This document shows positions 1 to 9,793 of a DNA stretch of 64,000 nucleotides, in pieces. The position numbers were made by a program, and so were the translations under genes. The stretch is from assembly GCA_963809035.1 (NCBI GenBank), contig CAWEHV010000002.1:2240361-2304360 (forward strand). Direction: 5' to 3'. The first letter of the stretch is position 1. Each line of letters starts with the position of its first letter. Source of the stretch: an uncultured Thermoplasmata archaeon (GTDB lineage Archaea > Thermoplasmatota > Thermoplasmata > Lutacidiplasmatales > UBA184). The notes under the pieces are model-generated. The model was not told where the DNA came from, did not search any database, and saw only the letters and a list, made by a program, of their open reading frames with translations.

Positions 1-1
1 G

Positions 2-526
2 AGGCCCGCGGCCCGGGAGGAGGTCTACGCGCGCCTCGGGCGGCTGGGCGACCTGGCGTCCGTCGCGCTCACCCCCCGGGTCGTCGACCGGGCGGTCCGG
101 AACGGTGGGCTGAACGACCTCGAGGCCGAGGCGTTCGGAACCGTGATCCGGCGGCTCGGCGCGGAGGAGGCCCGGGTCGATGCCTGCGACACGAACGAAG
201 CCCGCTTCGGCCGCCGGGTCTCCGCCCGGGCCGGGGGAGGGGTCCGGATCATCTCCCGACACCACGCCGACCGGGACGACCCGCTGGTCGGGGCGGCCTC
301 GATCGTCGCTAAGGTGCGGCGCGACCGGGCCCTCGCTCGACTCCGGGCGGCCGTCGGGGATGGGATCGGAAGCGGATATCCCTCCGATATGCAGACCGTG
401 GAATTCGTCCGGGCCCACCTGCAGCAGGCCGCGGTAGCACCGCCATGGCTCCGGTTCTCGTGGGCCACGATGACAAGGGTTAAACCAGTCGCGCCGGCTG
501 TCACGCTGGACCAGTTCACTCCATGA
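2..526 (+). CDS. rnhB: Ribonuclease HII, 5'-truncated by window edge
   Basis: Frame is open from nt 2. Translation carries RNase HII hallmarks (VDACDTNE, HADRDDPLVGAASIVAKVRRD, GSGYPSD). Track ORF 143..526 is only the part after an internal GTG. Confidence 0.85.
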   Translation, partial: RPAAREEVYARLGRLGDLASVALTPRVVDRAVRNGGLNDLEAEAFGTVIRRLGAEEARVDACDTNEARFGRRVSARAGGGVRIISRHHADRDDPLVGAASIVAKVRRDRALARLRAAVGDGIGSGYPSDMQTVEFVRAHLQQAAVAPPWLRFSWATMTRVKPVAPAVTLDQFTP

Positions 527-858
527 CCGTCGAGGAAACCTTGGCCGCGCTCGTCGACCGGTTCAACCGGCACGCCGAACGGACGCCGGCGATGGCGGAG
601 GAACTCGACGGGATCGAGCGGACGATCGAAGTGCGCCTTCGAGACGAGGGCACGTATGCGGTCGACCTCCGCCACGGCCGCCTGACGGCCCTCCGTTCCG
701 GATCCCCTCCCCGGTCCGACGTAAAGATCATCACCGATGTCGCGACGTTCCGCGGCCTCGTCACCAAGGAGATCGGGCCGATGAAGGCCCTCGTGACCCG
801 CAAGCTCGCGATCGAGGGCAGCCTAGAGGACAAGCTGCTCTTCCGGAAACTGCTCTAG
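523..858 (+). CDS. SCP2 (sterol carrier protein 2-like) domain protein
   Basis: 111-aa ORF with an SCP2-like C-terminal pattern (DVATFRGLVTKEIGPMKALVTRKLAIEGSLEDKLLFRKL). ATGA start/stop overlap with rnhB. Confidence 0.65.
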   Translation: MTVEETLAALVDRFNRHAERTPAMAEELDGIERTIEVRLRDEGTYAVDLRHGRLTALRSGSPPRSDVKIITDVATFRGLVTKEIGPMKALVTRKLAIEGSLEDKLLFRKLL

Positions 859-971
859 TTCGGCCCACGGGCGGATCCCCTTCTCGGCGCCCCCGAGGAA
901 CGTCGCATCGAGCTCCCGACGACTGCCGAACGAGGCAAAGTCTCTTCTGGAGCGAGAACGACGGGCGTCCG

Positions 972-1610
972 ATGGCTCGACTCCTCCGTCGCCGTTCCCC
1001 CCGGGAGCGACCGGCGCAGCCTCCCGTGCTCGAATGGCCCCGGAAGCTCCGCGCGGTCCGGCCGCTCGACCGCTCGCTCCGGTTCTCTCACGTCCAGCTC
1101 GAGCTCGACGTGGAGCACGAGGGGTACCGGTTCGAGCCGCTCCCACTGCTCGGACCGCTCACGTCGTTGCTCCGCGAACGCGAGGTCGAGTCGGCCGAGG
1201 ACCTCCTCCAGATGACCGGGCAGCTCCTGCGCGCGTGTACCGGGGTCGGCTTCCGGCGGGTGGACCACTGGGAGGCCCGGCCGGGGGGCTGGCTGCCGCT
1301 ACCGGAGCCCACCCATGCCCAGCTCGCGGAACCGGTCGCCCATCTCGTGCGCGCCCTCTCCGACGCATCGTGGGCGCCCGTCGGGAAAGCCCACTCGTTC
1401 GCCGTTCGTCTCTCGGGGCCGGATCGGCTCCGGCTCGATCTCGTGGTCCGGCGCGTTCACCGCGAGCGCACCCACGCCATTTCCCTGGATCTCTGGGGAG
1501 CCATCCAGCGACGCGTCGTCGAGGACCTCGTCGTGCGCATCCACGACGACCTTCCGCTCGTGCGGGCGGAGGTCGTCGCCCTGGAGACGGTCCGTCCCCG
1601 AAGACCGTAG
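972..1610 (+). CDS. Hypothetical protein
   Basis: 212-aa ORF with strong G/C third-position bias and non-repetitive composition. It fills the gap between the SCP2 gene and pdaD. No recognisable motif. Confidence 0.4.
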   Translation: MARLLRRRSPRERPAQPPVLEWPRKLRAVRPLDRSLRFSHVQLELDVEHEGYRFEPLPLLGPLTSLLREREVESAEDLLQMTGQLLRACTGVGFRRVDHWEARPGGWLPLPEPTHAQLAEPVAHLVRALSDASWAPVGKAHSFAVRLSGPDRLRLDLVVRRVHRERTHAISLDLWGAIQRRVVEDLVVRIHDDLPLVRAEVVALETVRPRRP

Positions 1611-1641
1611 CGTCTGGACGGGCGCAGAAGGACTTGTCCGC

Positions 1642-2142
1642 TCAGGGAAGGAAGACGCACGCGGCGATGCAAACCCCGTAGTGGTCCATCGGGATCGAGA
1701 GCTCCTCGCTGCGGTAGTGGATCCGGCGGAGCTCGACGCCCCGGAAGTGTGCGATCTCCTCCATCCGCCACTTGAGGAACTCCTTCAGCGAGCGCTGGGT
1801 GCCGTGGACGTGGCCCTCGGCGACGTACCCGCCCTGGCCGTCGGTCCGGAACCCGTAGGCGATCCCGGCGCTGACGACCTCGCCCTCGCCGCCGGCGAAC
1901 CGGGCGAGGACGGCGTGCGTGATGGCGCCCCGGGGCATCTTGGTGCGGTCGACCTGACGGATCCCGATCGGGAGCACGGAGGATACGCTGACGAGGTTCT
2001 GGTCTCCGATCCCCGCCTGGAGGAGGGCGAGGTCAAAGGCGTTCAACTCGCTCGTCTTGTTGATCCCCTTCCCGCTCGTGACGAAGAATCGGGTCGGGAT
2101 GGGGACGAGGGTTCCCTCGGCGTGGGTTCCGCGAGCCGGCAC
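1642..2142 (-). CDS. pdaD: Pyruvoyl-dependent arginine decarboxylase
   Basis: 166 aa with strong family resemblance, including the self-cleavage region NLVSVSSVLP and GYVAEGHVHG. Confidence 0.9.
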   Translation of the reverse strand: MPARGTHAEGTLVPIPTRFFVTSGKGINKTSELNAFDLALLQAGIGDQNLVSVSSVLPIGIRQVDRTKMPRGAITHAVLARFAGGEGEVVSAGIAYGFRTDGQGGYVAEGHVHGTQRSLKEFLKWRMEEIAHFRGVELRRIHYRSEELSIPMDHYGVCIAACVFLP

Positions 2143-2190
2143 GCTCCGGCTGAAGCCCGGCGCTCCTTAAAGTTTGGTCCGCGTCGAGGG

Positions 2191-2763
2191 CTACGTGATG
2201 ATCGCGTGGCGACGGCGCATCGACGCCTCGGTCTCCCCGTGGGCGACTAGGATCTCGGCGATGAGCCCGTCGGTGAGGAGGAGGCTCGCCGCCTCGAAGA
2301 TCGTCCCGAGCGGCGCGTAGCGGGTCCGGTCGGGATCGTCGGGGAGCTCGATCGCGAGGAGCACCGTGGCCGTGTGCGCGAGTTTGGACGATGCCTTCGC
2401 GGTGAGGACGACCAGCTCCGCCCCCTCGCGGCGAACGATGTTCGCCACCTGGATGCTGGAGTAGCTCTCGCCCTGCCCGGAAAGGATGAAGACCACGTCG
2501 CCTTTTTTCACGATGGGCGTCACGCTCTCGCCGATCACGTAGGCGGTCAATCCGGTCTGGACGAGCCGCATCGCGAACGCGCGTCCGATGATCCCGCTCC
2601 GACCGGCGCCGTAGACGAAGATCTGGGGGGCGCGGCTCAGGACCTCCACCGCCTGCCGTACCGTCGCCGGGTCGAGCCGTTCGAGGGCCGCACTGACGTG
2701 CTCCGCGATGTACCGCTGGGATCGGAGGTAGACCGACAGGCTACCGGCGCGGGGGACGGGCAT
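2191..2763 (-). CDS. SIS-domain sugar-phosphate isomerase, 6-phospho-3-hexuloisomerase-like
   Basis: 190 aa with the SIS pattern IFVYGAGRSGIIGRAFAMRL ... VVFILSGQGES. Confidence 0.7.
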   Translation of the reverse strand: MPVPRAGSLSVYLRSQRYIAEHVSAALERLDPATVRQAVEVLSRAPQIFVYGAGRSGIIGRAFAMRLVQTGLTAYVIGESVTPIVKKGDVVFILSGQGESYSSIQVANIVRREGAELVVLTAKASSKLAHTATVLLAIELPDDPDRTRYAPLGTIFEAASLLLTDGLIAEILVAHGETEASMRRRHAIIT

Positions 2764-3976
2764 GCTTTCGCACCTCCGACGGTTTCGGCCGCGCCCGGCC
2801 GGCCGACGGCCGAGCGGGTCCGTGGCGGGCGGCCGGGATCGGCGCGGGTTTCCGTGGCGGCGGTCCCTTGCTGCGGGACGGGCGCGCCAGGGTCGGGGCG
2901 ATAAGACGGCCCTTGGGGGGTACAGGTTTGCCCTTGGGGAGGACGGGTTTGGCCGGGGGCGGGGCGTGCAATTTCGTCCAGCGCTTCGTGAGGGCGCGCT
3001 CGTAAAGGAGCTTCATGTACATCGCGTCGTGCTCGAGGAGGGGCGAGCTCGAGATCACGGTCACGTCGTAGTCGCGCTCGGCCAGGAGCTCCGCGAGCGG
3101 GTCGAAGCGGACCTGCCCCCGCTTGATCGGGGTGAGGCGGAACTCGCCCGGTCCGTAGAGCTCGACCCCCGAAAAATGGCCGTAGAGGGGCCCGTCGGTG
3201 GCCGCCACGAACTCCTTGATCACGGGCGCGAGCGCCTCGGCGGTTTCGAACGTCGTGCGCTCTCGGGCTGCGAGGTGCGGCACGTTCAGCACGGGGACGG
3301 TCCCCTTCACGTGACGGACGAGCTCGAGGACCTCCTCGCGCGAGCCGAAGACGTCGGGGTGGCCACTCGGTTCGATACCGAGCCGGACCGTGCCCTTGGA
3401 GAAGGTCCGGAGCCAGGCGGAGAGGTCGGTCACGATCTCGGTCAGCTCTTGGACCGAATCAGCGCGGGGTCCCCCGCCGTAGAACCCGAGGTGGGTCACC
3501 GCGAGGCGGGCCCCGAGACCGTGGGCCAGCACGCCCGACCACTGGATCTGGCGGGTCGACTGCTCCCGAGCGTCGGTCGAGCCGAAGAAGTCCACGTAGT
3601 ACGGCGCGTGCAGCGTGAGGTCGACGTCGAGGGCGCGGGCGAGCTGTTTGGTCTGGTCGAGGTCATTGTGGTCCTTGGCCAGGCTCCACGTGAGCGTCGT
3701 GAGCTGGTCCTTGCGCTTCAGCGGCGTCGTGAACGCCGCGGCGAGGGGCGGGGCGGCGGCGGGGTCACCGGCGCCGACGTTCACGACGAGCTGGAGGAGG
3801 AGCTCGTTCGGCACCTTGCCGAGCTCCTCGTCGAAGACGACCCGCGTTAGCGGATTGACCTTGATGAACTGGACCTCCATCGCGGTGAGGCCCAGGTGGT
3901 GCACGTCTGCGATGCCATCGCGGAGCGTCCGCCCCTTGCACGAGAGAGGGATCCCCGCAGGTCCGAACCGGATCAC
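2741..3976 (-). CDS. Xylose-isomerase-like TIM-barrel protein (AP endonuclease family 2 / Endo IV-related) with a basic Pro/Lys-rich C-terminal tail
   Basis: N-terminus MIRFGPAGIPLSCKG..., LTLHAPYYVDF, VTHLGFYGG and LGIEPSG resemble AP-endonuclease-2 TIM barrels. The last ~85 aa are P/K/R-rich. Confidence 0.6.
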   Translation of the reverse strand: MIRFGPAGIPLSCKGRTLRDGIADVHHLGLTAMEVQFIKVNPLTRVVFDEELGKVPNELLLQLVVNVGAGDPAAAPPLAAAFTTPLKRKDQLTTLTWSLAKDHNDLDQTKQLARALDVDLTLHAPYYVDFFGSTDAREQSTRQIQWSGVLAHGLGARLAVTHLGFYGGGPRADSVQELTEIVTDLSAWLRTFSKGTVRLGIEPSGHPDVFGSREEVLELVRHVKGTVPVLNVPHLAARERTTFETAEALAPVIKEFVAATDGPLYGHFSGVELYGPGEFRLTPIKRGQVRFDPLAELLAERDYDVTVISSSPLLEHDAMYMKLLYERALTKRWTKLHAPPPAKPVLPKGKPVPPKGRLIAPTLARPSRSKGPPPRKPAPIPAARHGPARPSAGRARPKPSEVRKHARPPRR

Positions 3977-4033
3977 GAGTAAACAGACCTCGAAACAGGC
4001 GGCGTCGGCGCGGAGCCGGCGTATAATGTGAAC

Positions 4034-4681
4034 CTATATAGCGGGGCTCGGGCGCGGCTTGGGACGCGATCCGGTCACCGCCGGTGGCTCGCCGAGGAAT
4101 CCGCGGGCGATGATATACGTCTCGGACGAGCCTTCGCGCGAAGCCGGCGGCTTCGTCCGGCGGACCTCCGAGAACGAACGCCCGACCTCGAACTGGAGGT
4201 CGTCCAGGAGGTCCCCGTCGAACACCTTGGCGACGAAGGCACCGCCCGGGGCCAGCGCCAGTCGGGCGAGCGCGAACGCCTCCCGGACCAGTCCGACCGA
4301 ACGAGCGTGGTCGGTCGCGTACGCTCCGCTGATCGAGGGGGACATGTCGGAGAGCACGACATCGAACGACCCGGGTCCAAGCCGGCCCGGAAGACGCGGG
4401 TCCCCGACTCGGCCCCGGATGTACTCCACCCCATCGATCGGTTCCACGACCCGCGGGTCGACGGCGACGACCGACCCCTTGGCGCCGACCCGGTCGCGGG
4501 CGACCAGGGACCAGCCGCCGGGCGCCGCACCCAGGTCGAGGACCCGGGCGCCCCGGGGCAGGAGGTGAAAGCGAGTGTTGAGGTAGTCGAGTTTGAACGC
4601 CGCCCGCGACCGGAGGCCCTGCTGCTGGGCGGCCTGGTAGTAGGGGTCGTGGCGACGGTCCGCGGCAAAGCGTCGGCTCAC
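4034..4681 (-). CDS. rlmE: 23S rRNA (uridine-2'-O)-methyltransferase RlmE/FtsJ
   Basis: 215 aa with RSRAAFKLDYL, VLDLGAAPGGWS, VVLSDMSP and FVAKVF, the typical FtsJ motifs. Confidence 0.9.
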   Translation of the reverse strand: MSRRFAADRRHDPYYQAAQQQGLRSRAAFKLDYLNTRFHLLPRGARVLDLGAAPGGWSLVARDRVGAKGSVVAVDPRVVEPIDGVEYIRGRVGDPRLPGRLGPGSFDVVLSDMSPSISGAYATDHARSVGLVREAFALARLALAPGGAFVAKVFDGDLLDDLQFEVGRSFSEVRRTKPPASREGSSETYIIARGFLGEPPAVTGSRPKPRPSPAI

Positions 4682-4757
4682 GGGCGCTCCAGACGGACCG
4701 ATTAGATAGCGCCCCCCTCACGTCCTGCTGGGCGGGCTCCGGGTTCCCCGGCGCGAG

Positions 4758-4832
4758 TGGGGCCGTCCGAATTTGAATCGGAGTCTCTTGCACCCCAAGC
4801 AAGAAGGATGGTCCAAGCTACCCCACGGCCCC
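4758..4832 (-). tRNA. tRNA-Pro (anticodon GGG)
   Basis: The reverse complement folds as a cloverleaf: acceptor GGGGCCG/CGGCCCC, anticodon stem CTTGC/GCAAG with loop TTGGGGT, T-arm TCCGA-TTCAAAT-TCGGA. No CCA is encoded. Confidence 0.85.
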
Positions 4833-4902
4833 AAACCGCGCCGGCGGCGCGCCGACCCGGCCGTGTTAGATAATGGTTACTCGAGCGGCGCGCGGGAGGC
4901 GC

Positions 4903-5106
4903 CTAGTGGACGTAGAACCAGGCGGCGAGCCCGACGCCCACGATGATCGCGGTGTTGACGAACGCGAGCCAGAAGAACGCCCACAGGTCCGCCTTCCCTT
5001 CCTCGGGGGTGGTGTGGGGGGGAGGCATGGAACCCCCCGGGTAGGCCGTGTATGGCGTCTCGTAGACGCCCGTCGGTGTGGTCATCGCTCCTCCGAAATG
5101 ACCCAA
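4903..5106 (-). CDS. Small hypothetical membrane protein (one C-terminal TM helix)
   Basis: 67-aa ORF with GC3-biased codons and a hydrophobic stretch LWAFFWLAFVNTAIIVGVGLAAWFYV. Confidence 0.35.
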   Translation of the reverse strand: MGHFGGAMTTPTGVYETPYTAYPGGSMPPPHTTPEEGKADLWAFFWLAFVNTAIIVGVGLAAWFYVH

Positions 5107-5138
5107 AAGGGGTTCTTATGGCTTCGGTTGGAGCGCGA

Positions 5139-5846
5139 TCAGGCCGCGAACCACGGGAGGCGGGCGGCCGGACCCGTCGGCTTGAGAACGAGGAGGTGGA
5201 GGTTGGCCCCGGGGTCGCCGGGTGCATAGGAGTCCCGGAGCGCGAGCTGGTAGAGCAGGAAGAGGGCGTCCTCGTCGGACTGAACGCCAAGCGAGTGCTG
5301 CACGTCGATGCCGAAGCGGTTGCGAAGGTGGACGAGCATCTCCTCGAAGTCCACGGGGGAGGAGCCGTCCGACGCCTGGGCACGGCGGAAGAGCCCGACC
5401 ACGATGCCCGTGGCGATCCGGAGGACCTCCTTCGGAGGGACGGACCGGAGGTGGAAGTGGGGCGGGGGGTCGGCCCGCGGCTCGCTCGGGACGACCAGGA
5501 TGGAGACCTCGTGGTCGATCGTGGAGCCGGGGGTCTTGGACAGCCGGGCCCAGGCGGCCTCGGCCGCCGAGTCGTTCGGGACGACGAAGATCGCGCGGCG
5601 GGCTTGGGGAGTCCCCCGGGCGACCTCGACCCATCGGTCAATGCCCGCGTCGACCTCGCCCCGCGCGCCCGGTACGTAGACCGGGAAGGTCCGGCGCGGA
5701 ACCCCGGACTCCTGAACCCAGAACGAGGGTTCGGTCACCGGTTCTCGTCGGGCGGGGACCACGCGGGAATAGCCCATGCGTCTCAGCACATTCTCGGCGT
5801 CGCGAGTGCGTTCGCTCGCGGCTCCGACCCGGTCGGAGTCTGACAT
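5139..5846 (-). CDS. Hypothetical protein
   Basis: 235-aa ORF with balanced composition and good codon bias. No motif that I can name. Confidence 0.5.
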   Translation of the reverse strand: MSDSDRVGAASERTRDAENVLRRMGYSRVVPARREPVTEPSFWVQESGVPRRTFPVYVPGARGEVDAGIDRWVEVARGTPQARRAIFVVPNDSAAEAAWARLSKTPGSTIDHEVSILVVPSEPRADPPPHFHLRSVPPKEVLRIATGIVVGLFRRAQASDGSSPVDFEEMLVHLRNRFGIDVQHSLGVQSDEDALFLLYQLALRDSYAPGDPGANLHLLVLKPTGPAARLPWFAA

Positions 5847-5913
5847 CGTGAGGTGCGAGGAGCGGCCCCCGACATAAGCTCAACGTCCGCACTCACCCGG
5901 AGGTGAGGGCAGG

Positions 5914-6831
5914 CTAGAACCGGGGCGCGAACCCCAGATGCACGAGAGGGACGTTCACGACGAGGGCCAGCACCACGCCCAGCAGGTACGGCCCCGAATA
6001 GATGAATCCGCGACGGGCCCGGCGGGCGGTCACCTCGCGCCACAGAGGCAGCGTGACGGCCACGAACCCGACCGCGAGCCCGACCAGGGCGACCCCGACG
6101 GGCCACGCGACCGGTCCGAGGAGCGCGATGAGGATCGATGGTGGGACGAGCAGGGCGGCGGAGACGACCACCACCTTGCCCGAGAACGCCGGGTCGTTCA
6201 TCCGGGGGAGCATCGGAAGGCCCGCGCGCGCATAATCGTCCTTGAGCAGGAGCGCGAGGCTCCAGAAGTGCGGGGGGGTCCAGAAGAAGACGAGGAGGGC
6301 CAACGCAAGAACGCCCGGCGTCCAGAACCCGAGGGCCGCCGCCCCTCCTGCGAGCGCCGGTGCGCTCCCGGCGAACCCGCCGATGACGATGTTCCAGCTC
6401 GACCGGGGCTTGAGCCAGGCGGTGTAGACCACGACGTACGTGATGGCTCCGAGCAGGATCGAGACGCCGGTGAGGAGGTTCAGGGTCAGGGACGCCCCGC
6501 CGACCCCGAGCGCCACCAGCGTGAGGCCGACCGCCGCCGTCGCCCGGAAGTCGACCCGCGCGGCCGGCAGCGGCCGGGTGCGGGTCCGGCGCATCGCCCG
6601 GTCCCGGTCCCGCTCGAGGTAGTGGTTCAGCATCCCGGAGCCGGCGGAGGCGAGGGCCCCGAAGCCGACCACGAGCCCGAGCCGCACCAGGTCGACGGAA
6701 CCGGGCCGGGCGAGGACGAACCCTCCGACCGCGACCAGGCAGATGAGGGCCGTGATCCCGGGTTTGGCGAGCGTCCACCAGTCCCCCAGCGGCGAGCGAC
6801 GGGACGGCGGAAGTTCGGCGTCGGACGACAC
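5914..6831 (-). CDS. ctaB: Protoheme IX farnesyltransferase (heme O synthase)
   Basis: UbiA-family polytopic protein (WWTLAKPGITALI..., NHYLERDRDRAMRRTRTRPLP, WTPPHFWSLALL). The upstream part of track ORF 5914..7431 overlaps ctaA and is Arg-rich nonsense. In-frame GTG at 6831 lies 39 nt after the ctaA stop. Confidence 0.85.
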   Translation of the reverse strand: MSSDAELPPSRRSPLGDWWTLAKPGITALICLVAVGGFVLARPGSVDLVRLGLVVGFGALASAGSGMLNHYLERDRDRAMRRTRTRPLPAARVDFRATAAVGLTLVALGVGGASLTLNLLTGVSILLGAITYVVVYTAWLKPRSSWNIVIGGFAGSAPALAGGAAALGFWTPGVLALALLVFFWTPPHFWSLALLLKDDYARAGLPMLPRMNDPAFSGKVVVVSAALLVPPSILIALLGPVAWPVGVALVGLAVGFVAVTLPLWREVTARRARRGFIYSGPYLLGVVLALVVNVPLVHLGFAPRF

Positions 6832-6869
6832 GGGAGTAGGACCTCGCCGCGAGGGAGCCGGGGGCTCGC

Positions 6870-7454
6870 TTAGCCTTCCCGGGGGGTGGCCGAGACCCGG
6901 CCCGGGTCGCTGGGGAACGGTTGCGGCCCCGGTACGGAACCGGGCTCGGTGGCGGCCGGCGGGGGAGTCTCGTCGATCGCCCGGCGCGCCCAGGCCACCC
7001 AGCGGGTCGGCATTTCCCGCAGGTTGGCGAGGAGCGCGATCACGAGAAGGATCCCGAAGAGGGCCGTCGCGATCGCGAGGTGCGTGAGCACGAGCGGGAC
7101 CTGGAGTGAATTCTCGACCACGAGACCGCCCAGGAGGGCCTCGGTGACGACGAGGCCGAGCGAGATGAGCGACATGCGGAGGAGAGCCGGGCGACGGCGT
7201 TCGAACGCGACCCCGAGGAGCGCGAGGACGGCGACGCTCGTGGAGAGGAAGAACGCCATCACGCGGTGGCTCCACTCGACCGCCGCTCCGCCCTGGAACG
7301 CGGGCAGGAGGTTCCCGTTCCCGTAGCAGGACGGCCAGCTCGGACAGGCGAGACCGCTGTCGCTCGCCATGACGTTCCCCCCGAGGAGGATCGTGGCGTA
7401 GCACAGGATGACCGCGAAGAGGGTCGCGCACCGGAACAGGTCGTGGCCCTTCAT
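6870..7454 (-). CDS. ctaA: Short (4-TM) heme A synthase, CtaA/COX15 family
   Basis: 194 aa with LGGNVMASDSGLACPSWPSCYG (Cys pair) and conserved His residues in TM helices (WSHRV, LTHLA). Sits between coxI and ctaB. Confidence 0.75.
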   Translation of the reverse strand: MKGHDLFRCATLFAVILCYATILLGGNVMASDSGLACPSWPSCYGNGNLLPAFQGGAAVEWSHRVMAFFLSTSVAVLALLGVAFERRRPALLRMSLISLGLVVTEALLGGLVVENSLQVPLVLTHLAIATALFGILLVIALLANLREMPTRWVAWARRAIDETPPPAATEPGSVPGPQPFPSDPGRVSATPREG

Positions 7455-7461
7455 GGACGGC

Positions 7462-9144
7462 CTACGGGCCCTCGGCCGGGGCGGCGGTGGGGACCGGGTG
7501 AGGGGCTCGGGACGGCACGGGGACGGCGGTCGGGCCGGTCATCTTGATCGCGAGCTCCTCCCCCCACGGGTCGGCGGTGGTCACGTGGGCGCCCGCGAAG
7601 TAGCTGTAGACCATATTGAACAGGAAAACCAGCTGACCTATCCCCAGGATGTACGCACCGACCGTCGAGGCGAAGTTGAGCGCCTGGAAGTTGCCCTGCC
7701 AGAGGTAGTCGTAGACGCGCCGGGGCATTCCCTCGGCCCCGAGCAGGAACATCGGGAAGAGGAGGAGGTTCACCCCGATGTAGGTCATCAGGAAGTGGAC
7801 CTGGCCGAGTCGCTGGTCGTACCAGCGGCGCGTGAGCACGGGGTAGTAGAAGTAGATCCCGGCGAAGATCGCCATCAGCGTTCCGCCGAGGATGATGTAG
7901 TGGAAGTGGGCCACGACGAAGTACGTCCCGTGGTAAAGGAAGTCGACGGGGACGGAGGCGAGGAACAGACCCGAGAGGCCACCGATGACGAACCCCGTGA
8001 TGAACGCGATGCAGAACCACATCGGCACCGCCATCCATATCCGACCCCCCCACAGGGTCGCGATCCAGTTGAACGTCTTGACCGCCGAGGGGACGGCGAT
8101 CGCCATCGTGGCGAGCATGAACACGAATCGGATGTTCACGTCGATCCCGGTGACGAACATGTGGTGCTCCCAGACCGCGAACGAGAGCACCGCGAAGACG
8201 CCGAGCGCGATCGCCATCGCCCCGTACCCGAAGATGTCCTTGCGCGCGAGCTTCGGGATGACGGTCGAGATGATCCCGAACGCCGGCAGGACCATGATGT
8301 AGACCTCGGGATGCGCGAAGAACCAGAAGATGTTCTGGTAGAGCAACGCCCCGCCGAGGGGTGTCCCGTTGACCGCCGCGAGGATGTGGGTCCCGAGGGT
8401 CCGGTCGGCGAGGACGAAGGTGAGCGCGATCGAGAGGGAGGGGAGGGCGAAGATGAGCAGGACCGAGTTGATGAGGGTCGCCCAGACGAAGAGGGGCATG
8501 TTCCAGTAGTGGACGCCCGGCGCCCGGTGCTTCAGGATCGTGACGAGGAAGTTGATGGCTCCCAGCATGGAGGAAATCGTGAGGATATGCAGGCCGAGGA
8601 TCCAGAGGGTCGGTCCGTTGGGGTTGGAGGGCAGGGTTTGCAAGGAGAGCGGCACGTAGCCGGTCCAGCCGGCGTACGCGTTCGAAAGGATCAGGATCAC
8701 GCCGGCCGGCGGGAGCATCCAGAAGGCGATCGCGTTGATCTTCGGGAGCGCCATCTCCCGCGCGCCGATCATGGACGGTACGAGGAAGTTCCCGAACCCG
8801 GCGAGGGTGGGGATGATGAACATGAAGATCATCAGCACCCCGTGCATCGTGAACAGGGTCGAGTAGACGTCCGGGGAGATCCCAAGGGTCGTCTGGGGGT
8901 CCTGGCCGAGCGCCTGGACCAGCCCGAGGTCGGTACGGATGAGGATCGCGTAGACCCCGCCGATGAAGAAGAATAGGATCCCGATGCCGATGTACATGAG
9001 GCCGATGCGTCGGTGGTCCGTCGTGAAGACCCAGGTCTTCATCATCCGGACCAGCCACGGGCCGTGGTAGCTGAACGCCCAGAGGAGGAACGCTGCGAAC
9101 CCGACGATCACGGCGATGATGACGAACGTGGTGGTGAGATCCAT
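7462..9144 (-). CDS. Heme-copper oxidase subunit I
   Basis: 560 aa and polytopic, with [27 protein letters not shown] and VVAHFHY. Confidence 0.95.
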   Translation of the reverse strand: MDLTTTFVIIAVIVGFAAFLLWAFSYHGPWLVRMMKTWVFTTDHRRIGLMYIGIGILFFFIGGVYAILIRTDLGLVQALGQDPQTTLGISPDVYSTLFTMHGVLMIFMFIIPTLAGFGNFLVPSMIGAREMALPKINAIAFWMLPPAGVILILSNAYAGWTGYVPLSLQTLPSNPNGPTLWILGLHILTISSMLGAINFLVTILKHRAPGVHYWNMPLFVWATLINSVLLIFALPSLSIALTFVLADRTLGTHILAAVNGTPLGGALLYQNIFWFFAHPEVYIMVLPAFGIISTVIPKLARKDIFGYGAMAIALGVFAVLSFAVWEHHMFVTGIDVNIRFVFMLATMAIAVPSAVKTFNWIATLWGGRIWMAVPMWFCIAFITGFVIGGLSGLFLASVPVDFLYHGTYFVVAHFHYIILGGTLMAIFAGIYFYYPVLTRRWYDQRLGQVHFLMTYIGVNLLLFPMFLLGAEGMPRRVYDYLWQGNFQALNFASTVGAYILGIGQLVFLFNMVYSYFAGAHVTTADPWGEELAIKMTGPTAVPVPSRAPHPVPTAAPAEGP

Positions 9145-9159
9145 CGTATTCTCCCTCGT

Positions 9160-9540
9160 TCAGCTCGTGAGCAGGACTCCGAGAAGGTAGGCGACCGCGG
9201 CGGCCGTCGCCACGACGACGGCCCATCGGAAGAAGCGGGCGACGTCCCGGTCGTTGACCGGGGCGGGCCGGGTCGGATGGACCGTCCGACCGAGCGGCCA
9301 GACCCGGTACATCCGGTCGACCAAATGGACCGCGACCGTCGCCATCAGGAAGGCGAGCGCGAGGGCGAGACCGAACGACTCCTGGGCTCCCGGGCTCGTC
9401 AGTGGCCCAACCCAGAGGATGATGTACGCGGCCAGGATCGCGATCCCGACGATCATGATCGCGATGATGCCCGAGTAGAGGTCGAGCACCCGTGCCCGGA
9501 GCCGGGAGAACTCGACCGGGGTCAGCTCAGCGCTACTCAA
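9160..9540 (-). CDS. Hypothetical membrane protein within the respiratory cluster
   Basis: 126 aa with about 4 predicted TM stretches. Tightly packed between coxI and another small membrane ORF. Confidence 0.5.
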   Translation of the reverse strand: MSSAELTPVEFSRLRARVLDLYSGIIAIMIVGIAILAAYIILWVGPLTSPGAQESFGLALALAFLMATVAVHLVDRMYRVWPLGRTVHPTRPAPVNDRDVARFFRWAVVVATAAAVAYLLGVLLTS

Positions 9541-9793
9541 AGAGCTCGATCCTCCGGCCGATGATGCCCCGGTACCGGTCGACCCGGTACAGGATCCCGG
9601 CGATGAACAGGAACGAGAGCGCGGCGACGACCGCCCCGATCGGCACCGCGATGAGGTCCCAGAGCTGCCCCGAGGCGGCGCCCGTCACACCGAAGACCAC
9701 GGCGGCCGACCCGACCGTACCGAAGACAAGGAACAGCGCGAGGACCCCCCAGAGGACCCCCGTGGACCACTTCGGGTGCTCCGGGCTAGTCAA
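9533..9793 (-). CDS. Small hypothetical membrane protein (2 TM)
   Basis: 86 aa with two hydrophobic helices. Its ends overlap the flanking genes by a few nt, suggesting operon coupling. Confidence 0.45.
   Translation of the reverse strand: MTSPEHPKWSTGVLWGVLALFLVFGTVGSAAVVFGVTGAASGQLWDLIAVPIGAVVAALSFLFIAGILYRVDRYRGIIGRRIELFE

Noticed and set aside
5914-7431. Long N-terminal extensions of track ORFs (5914..7431, 16657..18369, 18675..19865, 25768..27315, 35300..36808, 36733..38760, 61269..63641)
   Set aside because: In each case the extension overlaps a well-supported neighbouring gene and translates to Arg/Pro/Gly-rich low-complexity sequence. Conserved protein similarity begins at an internal ATG or GTG, which I used instead.
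7408-9226. 522-aa (+) and 591-aa (-) ORFs overlapping oxidase subunit I
   Set aside because: They are alternative-frame or antisense to an unmistakable heme-copper oxidase subunit I. Their composition is Arg/Asp/Pro/His-rich nonsense.
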